DNA from: Flectonema sp. DT1601
Lineage: Eukaryota
Assembly (NCBI GenBank): GCA_964019425.1
Contig: OZ025788.1
Location: 744,001-808,000 of the forward strand
Length of the DNA stretch: 64,000 nucleotides
Reading direction: 5' to 3'
The position numbers and the translations under genes were made by a program. How positions within the stretch are numbered: position 1 is the first letter of the stretch; the number at the start of each line of letters is the position of its first letter. Shown piece by piece: positions 1-12,740 of the stretch. The notes under the pieces were generated by a model. The model searched no databases and had not been told where the DNA came from. It saw nothing but the letters and a program-made list of their open reading frames with translations.

Positions 1-349
1 AAAAGTTCCTACTCATTTAGTTAGGCATTTCGGTATTTTAGCTATATTAGCGGGGGAATATCATAAAAAATGAAATAAATAAATAAATAAACAATCAATC
101 AAGTATATCGTAAGGACATCAAACGAACGTTGCTGTATATTATGAGTGCAAGGCAACTCTCAGCAACAGAGGACCCAATCATTAATTGCGACTACAAGCA
201 AGTTCATCGACATTAACAAACAACGACAATAACAACTTCAAAAAAGAAAAAAACGACAAACAAACGGTACATAACTGGATATCGTAAAAATTGTGTGGGG
301 AAAGCACTATGCTAGGATATCTGAGTGGCGCAGCAACAACGATTAAATG

Positions 350-386
<37 letters not shown>

Positions 387-2589
387 AATCGAATAAAATA
401 AGTTAAGCTTTTTTTTTTTTTTTTTTTTTTGAACCAATGAGTAGTCATTAAAATAACTAAGAAATAAAACAACCTATTACCGTGTTTTTTTTTTTTTTTT
501 TTTTTTGTTTTTTTTAAATTTTTTTTTTGTTGTTTTTTTTTTTTTTTTAAATTTTTCTTCGACACAGCAAAAAAAGAATACCAATCTAAATCACATCGTT
601 TTAGGTTTCAAAAGTTTCTCTATTTTTAAATGAGTAGCTCATTACTTCACCTTGGAGCTGACAACTATGAAACTTCGCCGAAAAATTAAGACTTTCAGGA
701 AGATAGAAAACATGTGAGTATTTTGATCTGATGGCTGGCTGTTGCTTTGAGTAGATATTTATTAGCTATTTCAATAATCATGGTTGCAGTACCTTATGTG
801 AGATCTATTAAAGATAAATGACTGAAATCGAAAAAAAAAAGAAAAATATGGGCTCACAAAAAAAAAATATCACTTTTTAGTAGGCGCATTGCTCTACTTT
901 CCCCCATCCTCGTCATTATTGCGTACGGATTTACATCTTATGCGTTTCTTGTTAGTCAATATTTGAGCTACAATAATCGGGAGTTTTTTTTTTTTTTTTC
1001 TTTTGTTAGAATGTGAGCTTGTTATAAAATACACTAAAATCGTGAATTTTTTTAAAAAAAAAAAAAATAGTGTAAAAAAAACACATTCTGTTTTCTGCTG
1101 TCCCATTTTACGCCGTGAATTGCATAGCTTCATTGGAAATGGTCAATCCTTACAGGTTGAAAACAAAAGCAACGAAGAAATGATCAGGAGGGTAAATTGA
1201 TAACCGTATTATCATTTCAAGCTCAAAGGAACAAGGGGGGGAGTGGAGAAGAGTAAATAAATAAAACACCATTTTTTCTATTCCATTATATGAAACATTT
1301 CTTCATGCATGAAATAATCACGCGCGTCAAATTCCACCACACCACGAAAGAAAATAAAAAACCCGGAACATGACCGGGCGCCTTTCACCCCCTAACTGTC
1401 CCAAGCATTAATATTGAGGGGACTACTGAAGGCATAAAAAGGGAGTCACAAAAGTTAGGCAACATGAATAACTGTACCAATGTGTAAGGAAGAGACTCAA
1501 AAGGAAGCTCAAACGAGACGTGCTGTAGACGTTGTTAAACTTAACAATAAGGGTTAGTTCGGGGCAAAAAAAATATTTCTATGGGCTCCTTAAATGTAAA
1601 GAGACACTTTTAAGAGCTCACATTTTGGGCGCTACACACCGTCGAAAAAAAAAAAAAAAATTGAACAATAATAATAATAATAATTTAACAACTAAAAAAA
1701 ATTAATTCATCTTCTGAGTGATATGCGTAAATCGAAAAGTGGTGATCGACAACAAACACTATCGCACCTTGAGACGTAGATAAGAACGCTCAGATTACCT
1801 TCTTCGGAGCGGCATAAAAAAAGTGTGAAATGTGGGCCAGTAGGCGTTTAATGATACATACAACAGAAATTACTTTTTTTTTTTTTTTTTTTTTTCTTCA
1901 ACAAAAAATTTACCTTAAAACTGTGAAGTCAAAGATTTCTCTGAGGGTTTAAAAAAAAAACAAAACAAAAATGCAAAACTTTTTTTTTTTCGAGAAAATT
2001 GGTTAAATCCGCGAAAAAGAATTTGCCTGCGGAAGTAGCAAATTGAATCTGGAAAAAAAAAATAAAAAGAAATACACAAACTTGTGTGAAAGATGTAAAA
2101 AGACAAAATGTTAACTTGCAAATTTTGATTCGCAACCAAAATTGCACCTCCTATGTTGCCGCTGCTACGTGTTTTGTCATTCATAAAACAAAACAAACAA
2201 AAATGAAGTTATTGGCAGCAGCGGCTCTGTAAAAACATATTCTTCCAGCTACCGCAAGCGATATCACAAAAAGACAACGGTCAGCCCACCAATATTCTGA
2301 GGCGTCTTATCTATTCTTTAGGCACCCTAAATAAGTTTAAATGAATAGGATCGATAGAACAGAAGATGTTATTTTTACCATTTCTTAGCCGAATGAGCAA
2401 AAAAAAAAAAATGTAAACAAGACAAGATTTATGTGGGAGGGTGAAGTGGAGGTGCAATCGAAAATATGTGCACACTCAAATGAAATTCAGTTAGGAAGCA
2501 AAAAAGGAAACCCCATTGGCTCATGTTGCAAGAATATGAGCTTGTTATTAAAATAAAAAGCTAAGCAACTCACGCGTATTATTCATGTT

Positions 2590-3246
2590 TTATAATGTAA
2601 GCTCAGAACTCACTCCCGGCAGTGAAGGACACAGTGCAGGTACGGTCTGGAATGCAGGCATCCACCCCTGCTGTGGATATCCACTAGTAGTCGGAATCGT
2701 ATAAGGAATACCATCAACGTAATAAACACAATAAAAAGGTTGAATATTATAAGCACCCCAACTGACTGTTGGAGGTGTGCTAATTTCTTCGCTAAGTAGA
2801 ATATTCTCCTGAGGAGAAGTGAGTGCTTCCGATTCCTGGATGTTGCTGCTATCAGTTTGTTGCTCTTCATCAAAACTTCCAATTGAGCAAAGTGAAGGAA
2901 TCGGTGATGTGCAAGTAATCTCGTCTCTCGATGGCATCATATTCAATACTAACATTCTAGACTCTGATACTCCTCTGACTGATTTCATTATTTCCTTTCC
3001 GTGAATACTGCAACGTGTTTCTAATGTTTGTTTCTTATAATGAATGTGAAGCTTTCCACAATCATCTCTACGACACCCCTCTGGTGTATTGAAATCTTTA
3101 CATCGCATCTTTGAACTGGAAATATCTGCTACTCGACATTGCTTTTGACAAATTCTACATCGAAGTGTAGCTTTTCCCTTATGAGCTCTCACTGTGTCAA
3201 ACTCGTTGTGCACGCAGGCATTGCTAGTCTTTCTTTTATGTGGCAT
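2590..3246 (-). CDS. CCCH zinc-finger protein (putative RNA-binding), ~218 aa
   Basis: CKDFNTPEGCRRDDCGKLH (C-x8-C-x4-C-x3-H) preceded by CVH...LRCRICQ, then a low-complexity S/P-rich tail. First ATG (MPHK) at 3246 lies shortly after a TCAG acceptor-like site; the track start at 3297 is a non-ATG codon. Confidence 0.75.
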   Translation of the reverse strand: MPHKRKTSNACVHNEFDTVRAHKGKATLRCRICQKQCRVADISSSKMRCKDFNTPEGCRRDDCGKLHIHYKKQTLETRCSIHGKEIMKSVRGVSESRMLVLNMMPSRDEITCTSPIPSLCSIGSFDEEQQTDSSNIQESEALTSPQENILLSEEISTPPTVSWGAYNIQPFYCVYYVDGIPYTIPTTSGYPQQGWMPAFQTVPALCPSLPGVSSELTL

Positions 3247-3616
3247 AGGAATATTGCATTCTGATAGTAAAATATTATAATAAGTAACAAGTAACACAAG
3301 ACCTCACTATAAAATAATCAAATGAACAGACCTGGTGTGTGTCCGTCACGTAGTTTACTACCTCTGAGCAAAAGTATCAGAGTCAGTGTCTTCGAAGGTT
3401 CGAAGCAATAAGAAAGAAAGAAAATACAGTTAGATGGCAAATGGTAAGGCCATAACTTTACTAGTGAGTTGTTCAACAAAGTATGAATGAATAATTGCAT
3501 GTATATTGTTAACACATTCTTAAATGGGAAAATAGTTAACGTTAGCAATGTGGTATCTTATTTCATGTTCTTATAATTCTTTTTTTTTTTTTTTTTTTCG
3601 CACACAAAGAAGTTGC

Positions 3617-4519
3617 AAAAACAAGAATTCGTATAATTTAACGAACAAGAATTGTCTATTTATTTTAAGTCTACCATTTTTATTTTATATTTGAAAAAAA
3701 AAAAAAAAAAAAAAAATTGGTTTTATTTAACCTTTAGAAGAAAATATTTTTTTCTCTTTTTTTCGAAAATGAACATTGATACAAAGTTCCCCAAAAATTG
3801 CACAACAAACGATTCCGAGCGCCAGTGAAGACGCAACAGACACACACTTCGGGTACAAGGGAGGGCAACAAAAATACTCAATGATAAAAACTTGCTGTCT
3901 GGTTTTAACAAGCTGGCTTCAAATAGTTTTTCGGAATATTATTTCAGTAGATCAGCCGTGTCGGTGATTACGTGACAAAAACAAGAATTCGTATAATTTA
4001 GCGAACAAAGCGTCAAGTCTTTTTTTTTTTTTAATCTACCTTTTTATTTTTAAATTTTTATATTAAAACTCTTTTTGGCTTTATTTAACCTTTAGAAGAA
4101 AATTCTTCTTATTTTCGAAAATGAAAATTGATAAGTTTCCCAAAAATTGTACAACAAAAACGATTCCGGGCCGCCAGTAAAGACGCTACACACACTTTGG
4201 GTACAAAGGAGGGCAACAAAAATACTCAATGATGTTAAGTCTACCATTCTATTAATTCTTTTGGTTTTATTTAATCTTTAGAAGAAAATGTTTTTTTTTT
4301 CCTTTTTTTGAAAATGACAATTGATACTAAGTTGCACAACAAAACGAGTCCGAGTCGCCAGTGAAGACGCAACAGACGCACACCTTGGGTACAAAGGAGG
4401 ACAACAAATATATTCAATAATAAAATAAACTTACAACTTGCTGTCTGGTTTTAACAAGCTGGCTTCAAATAGTTTTCTGAATACCTTAGGTAGATCAGCC
4501 GTGTCAGTGATTAAGTGAC
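3617..4519. repeat. Three imperfect tandem copies of the VWA8 3' UTR (~3617-3976, 3977-4233, 4234-4519)
   Basis: Blocks such as ttatttaacctttagaagaaaa and gccagtgaagacgc...gggtacaa.ggagg.caacaaa recur three times. Copy 1 also carries 3889-3976, a degraded duplicate of VWA8 coding sequence 4435-4519. Confidence 0.9.
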
Positions 4520-7500
4520 CTGTACCTGCTGGAAGGGAGTTTGCAAGATTTACAGCACCGTGTTCAGAAGCAATTAATACTATGTGTGATGTTACTCGGG
4601 AATCGCTCATTAGGAACTCAGACAAATTCTTTGCATCGATACCGTACTGACTGACATTAGCATCTGACAATAACACAACAAAATAGTCATCACCAGCTTC
4701 TTCAACAACCTTATCAATAGCGTACTTTGCAGCTCCCAAAGTGTTGTCACCAGTCTTACAGGAGGTACCTCCGTAGATGGCTTTTACAACTTCAAATCTC
4801 TCAAGTTCGGTTCTCGGGTGATTACCAAATGGAACAATCTCAATACAAGGAGTGTCACCATTATGACCAATAATTGAATAATCATATTTATGAGGAAAAG
4901 CAGCAAAGCCTTCCATAATAAGAACTGCTACTGCCGCTGATCTCGCGAGTCTCCTGTCTTCAGGATCGAATCTTGCCATTGAGGCACTGCAGTCGAACGC
5001 GAACATCAGTCGCTTTGGCTTTCTCTGCATCGCTCCAGGTGGCGGCTTGTTCGTCGAACGTTTTCTGAAGATAGTTTTTTCTCCGGTGATTCCGTCAACT
5101 ATTCTTCCGTCATCAAGATCACCAGCCATCTGATTCTTCAGCCAAATCCTCTCTTTCTCTTTTGCTTCAACAGTTTCTAACAGACCTCTTAAGGATTTTA
5201 TCTCTTGAGCTACTGCTTCACACAGTCGGTGGTACGCACCTGCATCGAGGTTCGCGAGGTTCGGTCTATCAGAACCTGACACTAATTTCTTTGACGCGAT
5301 TTCAAGTGCTCTCTGTTTGGCCTCAGCGCTGAGTGATGCTGCGAGAGCGTCGTCCTTCGAGGAAGTATTTTTGTTTGCGGAATTAAAAGAAAGCTTGTCG
5401 TCAACAATGAGTTCGTTTGAACCCTCTTTTTGCTTTCCAGGGTTTGACTCGTAATTCTTGTCTGGAGCACCAGATCCCATTGTAGCGGAATCACCTCCAC
5501 CTTGCCCACCAGTTCCACCTCCCTGACCTTCGCCCTGGCCTTCTCCGTTTCCTTCGCCTTCACCATTACCTTCTCCGAGACCGTTACCTGGCTCTGCGTC
5601 TTCTCCGTCGTCATCCTCTCCTTCGCTCTTGGATGCGGATGGTGAGGAAGTAGCTTTTGAGGACTTATTGCCGCGTTGTGCCCAATTCCGTTCCTGGTTG
5701 TTGAGAATCTCCTTCCTGATCTCCAGAATTCGAATTTCCGCGCCGTCCATCAACAACGCCACCCTCCCGTCGCTTAGTTGAGCGATCTCACAAATCTTCT
5801 TTGGTGTCGTCACTGCTGACATGTCCCAGGCGGAACCAGGTTTCTCACCAACAAGAATACGACGCTGAGTTCCTTCTTTTATATCTGTGAGCTCTAATGT
5901 CGCAGCCCCGCGACTGTTTGGAGGCAACGAAGTTGCCATCAAATTGCAAACATCCAACCAGCTCGCGTTAGTCGACGGCACGTCGTTTACTTCAGTTCGT
6001 GAAGGGTAACAAAATACTGTCTGACTCCAGGACTCCTTTCCATCTTTCAGATCAACATCGTTCGTAATCATTCCAGCGCTATTTCCCATTTGGATTCCTA
6101 CGCAAGAGACTGATGACTTAGCGATCATGTTGATTGGTGTGATAACATTTTGCTTTAGAGCTCTCGTCATTTGTTCAATTTCAGGTAGTTCTGGAGGCTT
6201 CATAACATCCTTGTTCTTTTCATCATACGCAGAGAAGATTTCACCAGCAACACTGTAACCTGCATGAGAGCCACCAACAGTGACAGCAATCTGACTGTTT
6301 TTGTTAACTGAAAGTGGTCCTATTTGAATGTGATACTGCGTGTCCTCTCCCTGTCTACGAACTTGGATACGATCAGACAGTAAAACGAATGCCGCTGAAA
6401 TGTGAAATAGTAGTTCCCAAGCCCAGGAAGTAACAGTGTTTGTAGATATCCAACTGTCAGTTTTAATGCAAATAATCTTTAAAGACGAGACTAACAACAG
6501 AGTGTTTTCATCAGGTGTCAGGATTGCGATTGAATCAACTGATGAAATATCAACTTCAGCTTCAACGTATTTGATGGGCTCTGATTCAGACACTAACATT
6601 AATGTTCTCCCAGTCCATATCGCTATGAATCCATTTCCTAAAAGGACTGATCGAGATAGAATCTCTGATGTCGGAATTGGTAGTTCGATAGTTCGCTTTC
6701 CTCGTTTCACAACATCAATCGTATTGATCATAACTTTATTATTCATCGTTCCAATAACATGAACTGATCCTTTAATTAATTTACCAGAGATGATATTTAT
6801 TTGATTAAATCTTTGCATCTCTGTTACTTCAATCCCTTCAACTTCTTCTGTGAAAAGTGATGTTCTCGCAGTTACCGGTCGGATGTTAGAGAAGGTGGGT
6901 GTGATTACTTTAGGTGATGATGTAATACGAGCCATAGGTTTAGTAATGTTATCGATTACGGTACCATTATGATCGTAGAACAGTTGCAATAAGATTGCCA
7001 GTGGTCTCATTGGAACTGGGTGACTCACAGCAGAAGACGCACCTGAAAGCGAACTGCCAGTTGAAAAGTTCAAACCGTTATCAGTAAAGACAGTCTTTAG
7101 AGTTTCTAACATACTCGAATCATAGGCATCGAATCCAATAATGTTTGAAAGAGCTCCTGTTACTCCATCAGTTGGGTGTTTGTCTAAGTGACGAGCTACT
7201 GCAACAGCTTCTCTAGTTGAGTAAGGGTATGAGATGTCTCCCGCGTCACTCATTTTTCGAAGCTCTGCAAAACTCTTTGCGACCTTCGTTAGTATCGTCA
7301 CTGACACGTTTGGTGCGATTGTCTCCAGTAACTTCAATTCAGAAGCAGGATCTGGATTACCAACAACATGACTGGCGAAGATATCACCCACCTCAGCGTA
7401 ACAATCATTTCCCATAAATGGATAACCAGGTCGGTTAGCAAGAGCGATGACTCTAAACAACGGGTGAACCTTTTCGGAACTATTTGTACTTTCGTACTTT

Positions 7501-9833
7501 GGATGTTTCTTTGAGCGGAATAAACGACCATCAGCAAGACGGATCTCACCGTCTTCAAGAAGTCCTTTAATTACACAAATAACATCTCCAGGTGCTTTGT
7601 CCATTTCATCGATTACAAGACAGCGACCATGTTCCATTGATCGTACTAATGCGGAGTCTTCCCAAACCATTAAACCATTTGAGAGAGTTGGTTGAATAGT
7701 CATTTGTGATACAGTAGTGTCTCTGTGTAGTTGTGTGTACTCTCGTTCCCAGTGAAGTAGTTGCAGAAGTCTGTCAGTTAGTTTATTTTTACCAACACCT
7801 TGATTACCAATTAGTAGTAGGTGCTCTCCAATAATCAAATCTTGAATCATGTGTTCCATAACAACTATCTGACTCGGAATATCAACAAAGTGAATATCAG
7901 GAACTAATTCAGGACGAGTACCGTGAGTCATTCTATCAATCGCTGTAGTTCCAACTTGAAGTTGTTGTTCTGAAAGAGTAATTGAAATGTTTCTTGGGAT
8001 GACTTCAGATGAAGAAGGAACCGGTAGACCAGAGTCTTTCATTAAGATGTCAACAGTTGTTCTTTGTTCTTGAGGCATTAGTTCATATAATATACACATA
8101 CGACAAGCAGAAATCAGCCTTGAAGGATTGTAATTCGCCTGCCTTTCAATTCTCCTCAACTGCCTCAGAGACAGTACCGGAATCGTATTGGTCGCATCTT
8201 CAGCTCGAATCTGAGTCTTCAGTGCGAATTTGTGTAGTGGAGTGACGCAGTTGTCATCAGTCAAATACTTTGGGAGTTCATGAAAATCAAACATGTGCTG
8301 TAAGTCAGTTACTAAATAATTATCACCACCAGTTCTTGGAGTAGTTCCGAGGGCGACTATTCTAAAGTTTGGATGAATTCTCTTCAACTTGTCGGATGGC
8401 TTCGTACCTCCAGCAATCATTCTATCGTAAGCAGCAGCGTTTATGTATCGAGTACCGTCAAACAAAGTGATCTCCCGATCTTGAATCAGTCGGCTCAAAG
8501 CTCCGTAAGTTCCTGCTGATAGTCTCTGCAATCCGTCAAGGATTGCTAGTTTACCACTCTCAGCAGCATTTACTAATGGAGAGGTTTCCCAAGTAGTCTC
8601 ACCCTTTGGTCCTAATACTCTCCTTTGAAGCAGCTCTCTAGCACTCATGTCTGCGTACAGGAAGATGGATTCAACTTCGCTGTAATTTGAGAGAATAGCA
8701 AACTGAAGTGTGATGAATGTTTTACCTTCTCCCTTAGGAGCGACCAGACAAATATCCCGACCTGCTTTGTGTGACTGCAACATCGAAGCCACAGCTTGTT
8801 GCTGATTTCCAAATAACGGAGTTGACTCAGATTTGAATAAAGAAGCAGCCAAACTATTAACCGACGGATCAGTTCCCCCACTTCGAATACCAGACGCCTC
8901 TAATGACTGCTGCATCATTTCATAAGCATCATTACTTCTACATAATAATGACCAAGGGTATGCTCTCCATAAAATATGTTCAATTGATGCATTTGGAAAC
9001 ATCTGCAACTGATTGACAGCACTCAATAACGACACTCCTGAAGGTGGAGGTAGTGTGGCTGCAGAGTGCATCTTTGATGTGAGTTCCGTAATGACCGCAA
9101 GGAATTTAGCGATTGTTTGAATGCTCTCTGTTGAGGGAGAGAACTGACGAGCAGCAGCAATCCATTCTCTCAATGGAACGACACCAACATGAAGACCTTG
9201 GAATCGACTTCTCAAAGGAGGGTCTAACGGAGACCCTGCGTAAGGTGGACAAGGAACACCCAAGGCGAAAACTCTAAAATTCGGATGAACTCTAACAATG
9301 CCTCTTTTTTCTAAGTTCTCTTTCGTATGTTTTCCTGAAGCCACTAAACTGTCAAACCTCTTCGGAGCAATAAGCATCCGTCCATCTTCCAGAGACATTT
9401 CTCTATTCTCAAGTAAATTGTTGATCACTGGGAGTACGTTTCGCTCGGCATTTTCAATACCCTCCATTATTAAGATTCTTCCTTTTATCGCTGCTTCCAC
9501 TGCTGGTAGATCAGAAAATACGACGCTTCCTCCTTTTGTGATTTCTTTACGCTGTTTTAAATCTGATTCTGTAGTGTCGCGGGTGAGAGCAACGTAACTG
9601 ATACCTCGACCTGCTGCTGAGCAGTAGCGGAGGCATAGCCATCGTCTAATGGGACCGTAGCCACCTACTAAATAGACGTCTTGTCCCATTTCATCTTTCT
9701 TTCGTAGCCAATTTATCATTCCATCAGCCCAGGGGTTGTCAACAATCGGGTGTCTGATGTCTATTGGTATATCATAAACATCATGACCTGCACCTACTAA
9801 CTCTCGTGTAAAAGTATTCACACGATGAGACAT
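4431..9833 (-). CDS. VWA8: von Willebrand factor A domain-containing protein 8 (three AAA+ modules plus C-terminal vWA), 1800 aa
   Basis: GQDVYLVG..GPIRR; LTRDTTESDLKQRKEI; AERNVLPVINNLLENREM; Walker A motifs APKGEGKT and GNQGVGKN; YPYSTREAV; MIDAS DCSAS; GDDYFVVLLSDAN. Confidence 0.93.
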   Translation of the reverse strand: MSHRVNTFTRELVGAGHDVYDIPIDIRHPIVDNPWADGMINWLRKKDEMGQDVYLVGGYGPIRRWLCLRYCSAAGRGISYVALTRDTTESDLKQRKEITKGGSVVFSDLPAVEAAIKGRILIMEGIENAERNVLPVINNLLENREMSLEDGRMLIAPKRFDSLVASGKHTKENLEKRGIVRVHPNFRVFALGVPCPPYAGSPLDPPLRSRFQGLHVGVVPLREWIAAARQFSPSTESIQTIAKFLAVITELTSKMHSAATLPPPSGVSLLSAVNQLQMFPNASIEHILWRAYPWSLLCRSNDAYEMMQQSLEASGIRSGGTDPSVNSLAASLFKSESTPLFGNQQQAVASMLQSHKAGRDICLVAPKGEGKTFITLQFAILSNYSEVESIFLYADMSARELLQRRVLGPKGETTWETSPLVNAAESGKLAILDGLQRLSAGTYGALSRLIQDREITLFDGTRYINAAAYDRMIAGGTKPSDKLKRIHPNFRIVALGTTPRTGGDNYLVTDLQHMFDFHELPKYLTDDNCVTPLHKFALKTQIRAEDATNTIPVLSLRQLRRIERQANYNPSRLISACRMCILYELMPQEQRTTVDILMKDSGLPVPSSSEVIPRNISITLSEQQLQVGTTAIDRMTHGTRPELVPDIHFVDIPSQIVVMEHMIQDLIIGEHLLLIGNQGVGKNKLTDRLLQLLHWEREYTQLHRDTTVSQMTIQPTLSNGLMVWEDSALVRSMEHGRCLVIDEMDKAPGDVICVIKGLLEDGEIRLADGRLFRSKKHPKYESTNSSEKVHPLFRVIALANRPGYPFMGNDCYAEVGDIFASHVVGNPDPASELKLLETIAPNVSVTILTKVAKSFAELRKMSDAGDISYPYSTREAVAVARHLDKHPTDGVTGALSNIIGFDAYDSSMLETLKTVFTDNGLNFSTGSSLSGASSAVSHPVPMRPLAILLQLFYDHNGTVIDNITKPMARITSSPKVITPTFSNIRPVTARTSLFTEEVEGIEVTEMQRFNQINIISGKLIKGSVHVIGTMNNKVMINTIDVVKRGKRTIELPIPTSEILSRSVLLGNGFIAIWTGRTLMLVSESEPIKYVEAEVDISSVDSIAILTPDENTLLLVSSLKIICIKTDSWISTNTVTSWAWELLFHISAAFVLLSDRIQVRRQGEDTQYHIQIGPLSVNKNSQIAVTVGGSHAGYSVAGEIFSAYDEKNKDVMKPPELPEIEQMTRALKQNVITPINMIAKSSVSCVGIQMGNSAGMITNDVDLKDGKESWSQTVFCYPSRTEVNDVPSTNASWLDVCNLMATSLPPNSRGAATLELTDIKEGTQRRILVGEKPGSAWDMSAVTTPKKICEIAQLSDGRVALLMDGAEIRILEIRKEILNNQERNWAQRGNKSSKATSSPSASKSEGEDDDGEDAEPGNGLGEGNGEGEGNGEGQGEGQGGGTGGQGGGDSATMGSGAPDKNYESNPGKQKEGSNELIVDDKLSFNSANKNTSSKDDALAASLSAEAKQRALEIASKKLVSGSDRPNLANLDAGAYHRLCEAVAQEIKSLRGLLETVEAKEKERIWLKNQMAGDLDDGRIVDGITGEKTIFRKRSTNKPPPGAMQRKPKRLMFAFDCSASMARFDPEDRRLARSAAVAVLIMEGFAAFPHKYDYSIIGHNGDTPCIEIVPFGNHPRTELERFEVVKAIYGGTSCKTGDNTLGAAKYAIDKVVEEAGDDYFVVLLSDANVSQYGIDAKNLSEFLMSDSRVTSHIVLIASEHGAVNLANSLPAGTGHLITDTADLPKVFRKLFEASLLKPDSKL

Positions 9834-12708
9834 TTTCCTTTAGAGCTGAGAGGGGAACATAACATTACTGAGTGACTACAACACAGTTAAACACAAGAGA
9901 AATCTCATCACGACTAGCTGCCTGGCTTTTTCGCAATCTCAAGTCGTGGAGTCGATTAAAAATATAGTGAAAAGAAGCTTTTTTTTTTTTTGGTTTTAGG
10001 TTACACAAAGTTTTAGTATTTTCTTGTAATTTGTTCCTTATTGATCAAAAATATGTTTAGAATTCATCGTGAACAGGCTTCAGAAATAAAGTTAGAAGAA
10101 AAAACAAAAACAAAAAAAAAACATCCGAGAAATCAACACATATGCGACAGTGACTCGCATTGTTGTGTCTAGCAAACTGCTCAGTGCATGAGGTAATCTC
10201 TTACAAAAGACCTACTTGGGATCTCGGAAAAAGAAACAATACGATTATTGTAAAATAGTGGTTTAGGCTGGTACAGTCCGGTATTGAATCATTTCGAAAA
10301 AGTGATAAGGCAAGACTGACCAACTTAAACTACACACTACATCAAAGAGAGATAGGAGGGAGGGAGGAAACAAAAGCAGCACATAGGACGTGGGAAAAAT
10401 TTTCTTTTTCTTACTTTCGCATTATAGACAACTAGTAGTTTCCAAAATAGCAATATCAGTTCAGATAAAGAACAAGAAATTAATAAAAATAAAAGCTACT
10501 TCACTAAAGCGACATATAGCTATTGACTTGGATGACCTCCTCGATCGATTCACCTTGTTGTCTGTTTATGTGAATACTGAAAAACAGACTTTCCACAATC
10601 AAACTGAGGAGTTCTAGAATGAAAAAAAATAACGAAAGAAAAAATGAGAGAAAAAGTAGGAGTCGAATCTGATCGCTTTTCCTGTTCACTTCAGTCCTGC
10701 ACAAGATTTACAAGAAACCATTGAGCATTCAACTGCATTATATGTTTTATATTAATCCGGGAAAGGCTCACAAAGTGAGGAACCAGCAGATACGCCATTA
10801 CCATAACATTATAACTTAACAAAAGTGGTTTGTTACAATAACCAAACTGTTGATTCCAGAACACGGTGTAGTAGTTATCTTTTAGAGCGTTACTTCCTTA
10901 CAGTTCTCGATGATGTAATTGATATGACACATAAACATCTTTGTTTCTTATTTTGTTAAGAATTTGTATCTCAGGAATTGTCCTATCCAGTCAATGGGAA
11001 GGTAGTCTTCATTGGGGATGATAGCAGTAGTTGTTCTCTGAACAATTACATTCCTGAGAAGTAAATTTTTTTTTCCAACTAACGATTTACAGAAGAGTAT
11101 CCCCCAAAGGAACCAACTCATCTGACTATTACGTAACGCTATGAGGAAGACATGAGAACCTAACAATGTCAGGCCTACTTCAAGCCCCCTTGTTTTTTCT
11201 TTTTTTTTTTTTTTTTTTTTGATCAAATAAAAAAAATAAACAAATAAAAAAAATAAATAAATAAACCAATTTAGGATGTCAACAAGGTCAAAAGAAATTC
11301 GAAAACTAATATCCCGTTGAAATAAAAAATTAAGGGAGCTTGTTTCCACAACACTTTGTGTGTGATAATCTGTTAAGCAACAAGGCTTAACTGGACATTC
11401 TAACTAAGCACCCGTAGTAAGCCTTCCCTTGAAAAGAAATGGCTGTACTATTAAGACGACAATAGCCTACTGGGATTAGTTTGTTCCAAGAAAGGATAGG
11501 AAATTAGAATATGAAAGTTAGGAAACTAACCAAATGAACAAAAGGGTTGTCCACATTCAGGGAAACCATAAAAAAAGACATTGGGTGACAAATGAAGTAA
11601 ATTTTGCGACTGCACTCCAAGGTAGAAGTACCTTCACCGCACAGCAGTCAGTTTTCATCGCAAGGAGAAAAAGTGACTAATCGATTAGACGAGAACACTG
11701 TTAGAGAACAGCTGACAGTCAACAGAACAACATTGACGGCACGTTTTCGGCAAACTACTCCAAAAGTCACAGCTGCCAGATAGCAGCAACACTACTTAAA
11801 GAGTACTTCGCTCTATACCCTGTTTTGTAGCGAGGGAGTAGTACTTGGGTTTGAAAGAAATTAAGAAATGAGAAGACATCTTCTGACATCAATACAGTCC
11901 AAATCCAGTGACACAATACATCTAATCAGAATACGAAGTGATAACATCCGCTGGTTTTCGCGTATAATCGCAGATAGCGAGATGTAGAAAGTATTCGATG
12001 ATTCGAATGTTGTGGCACAAAACCAACACAATTTAATAACACACAGACTTTCATCTCGCAGGTAAAACTGCATAAAGTACAAATTAACAAGTGTTTTGGA
12101 CTCGTGAAGATTTCAAAAACATCTGCTGACGCACACTATCAGACCACAAACGGTGATGACAGTCGCTTCCCATTCGCAGGCAAGCTGCATGGAAGCAGAC
12201 AGTCACACAGCAAGCATTCAGCACTTGGCTCTGTACCCGAGTAGGGGAGTAGTGCAGAGATAGTAAAACGACAACAGAAATATTCTTCTCATTACACAAA
12301 CAACATCAACTATTCAGGTGTTTGATTTAAAGTTATTATATTGAAATAAGAATAATAAGACACCTAAAACTGGTACAGATATTCCTAAAAACAATTTATA
12401 ACAAAGCAACGAACACATAAATAAAAAAAATACTTACAAAAGAAAACAACAGAAACATATCCATCTGAGGAGTAGTGTCTGAGTCCCACTGTGAACAGAG
12501 CGAGTATGTTCTCAGTGAAAGCTCAAATCACTTCGCTCTGTACTCAAATTGATATGAACATGAAGTTCAATAAAATGAGCTAATATCCTTCCAAACAAAA
12601 ATACAAAAAACAAACCACAGTAGACCCAGAACGACTACACTGCGATATTAACACAGAAAGCATTCAAAGAACCGGTCTTGCTTAGTCTACAACAAGGAAA
12701 CACAATCG

Positions 12709-12740
<32 letters not shown>

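Noticed and set aside
182..2196. Lys/Phe-rich ORFs (also those at 10390-14228, 34802-35504 and 55922-59294)
   Set aside because: These are artefacts of poly(A)/poly(T) tracts, mostly with non-ATG starts and no domain signal.
3617..4519. CRISPR-like array
   Set aside because: The units are long, degenerate UTR duplicates without constant repeats or unique spacers, and the context is eukaryotic.
11408..11418. GCACCCGTAGT as the 5' half of a split tRNA complementary to CGGGTGC at 23744
   Set aside because: No D-loop GG or anticodon stem follows, and a match this short is plausible by chance.
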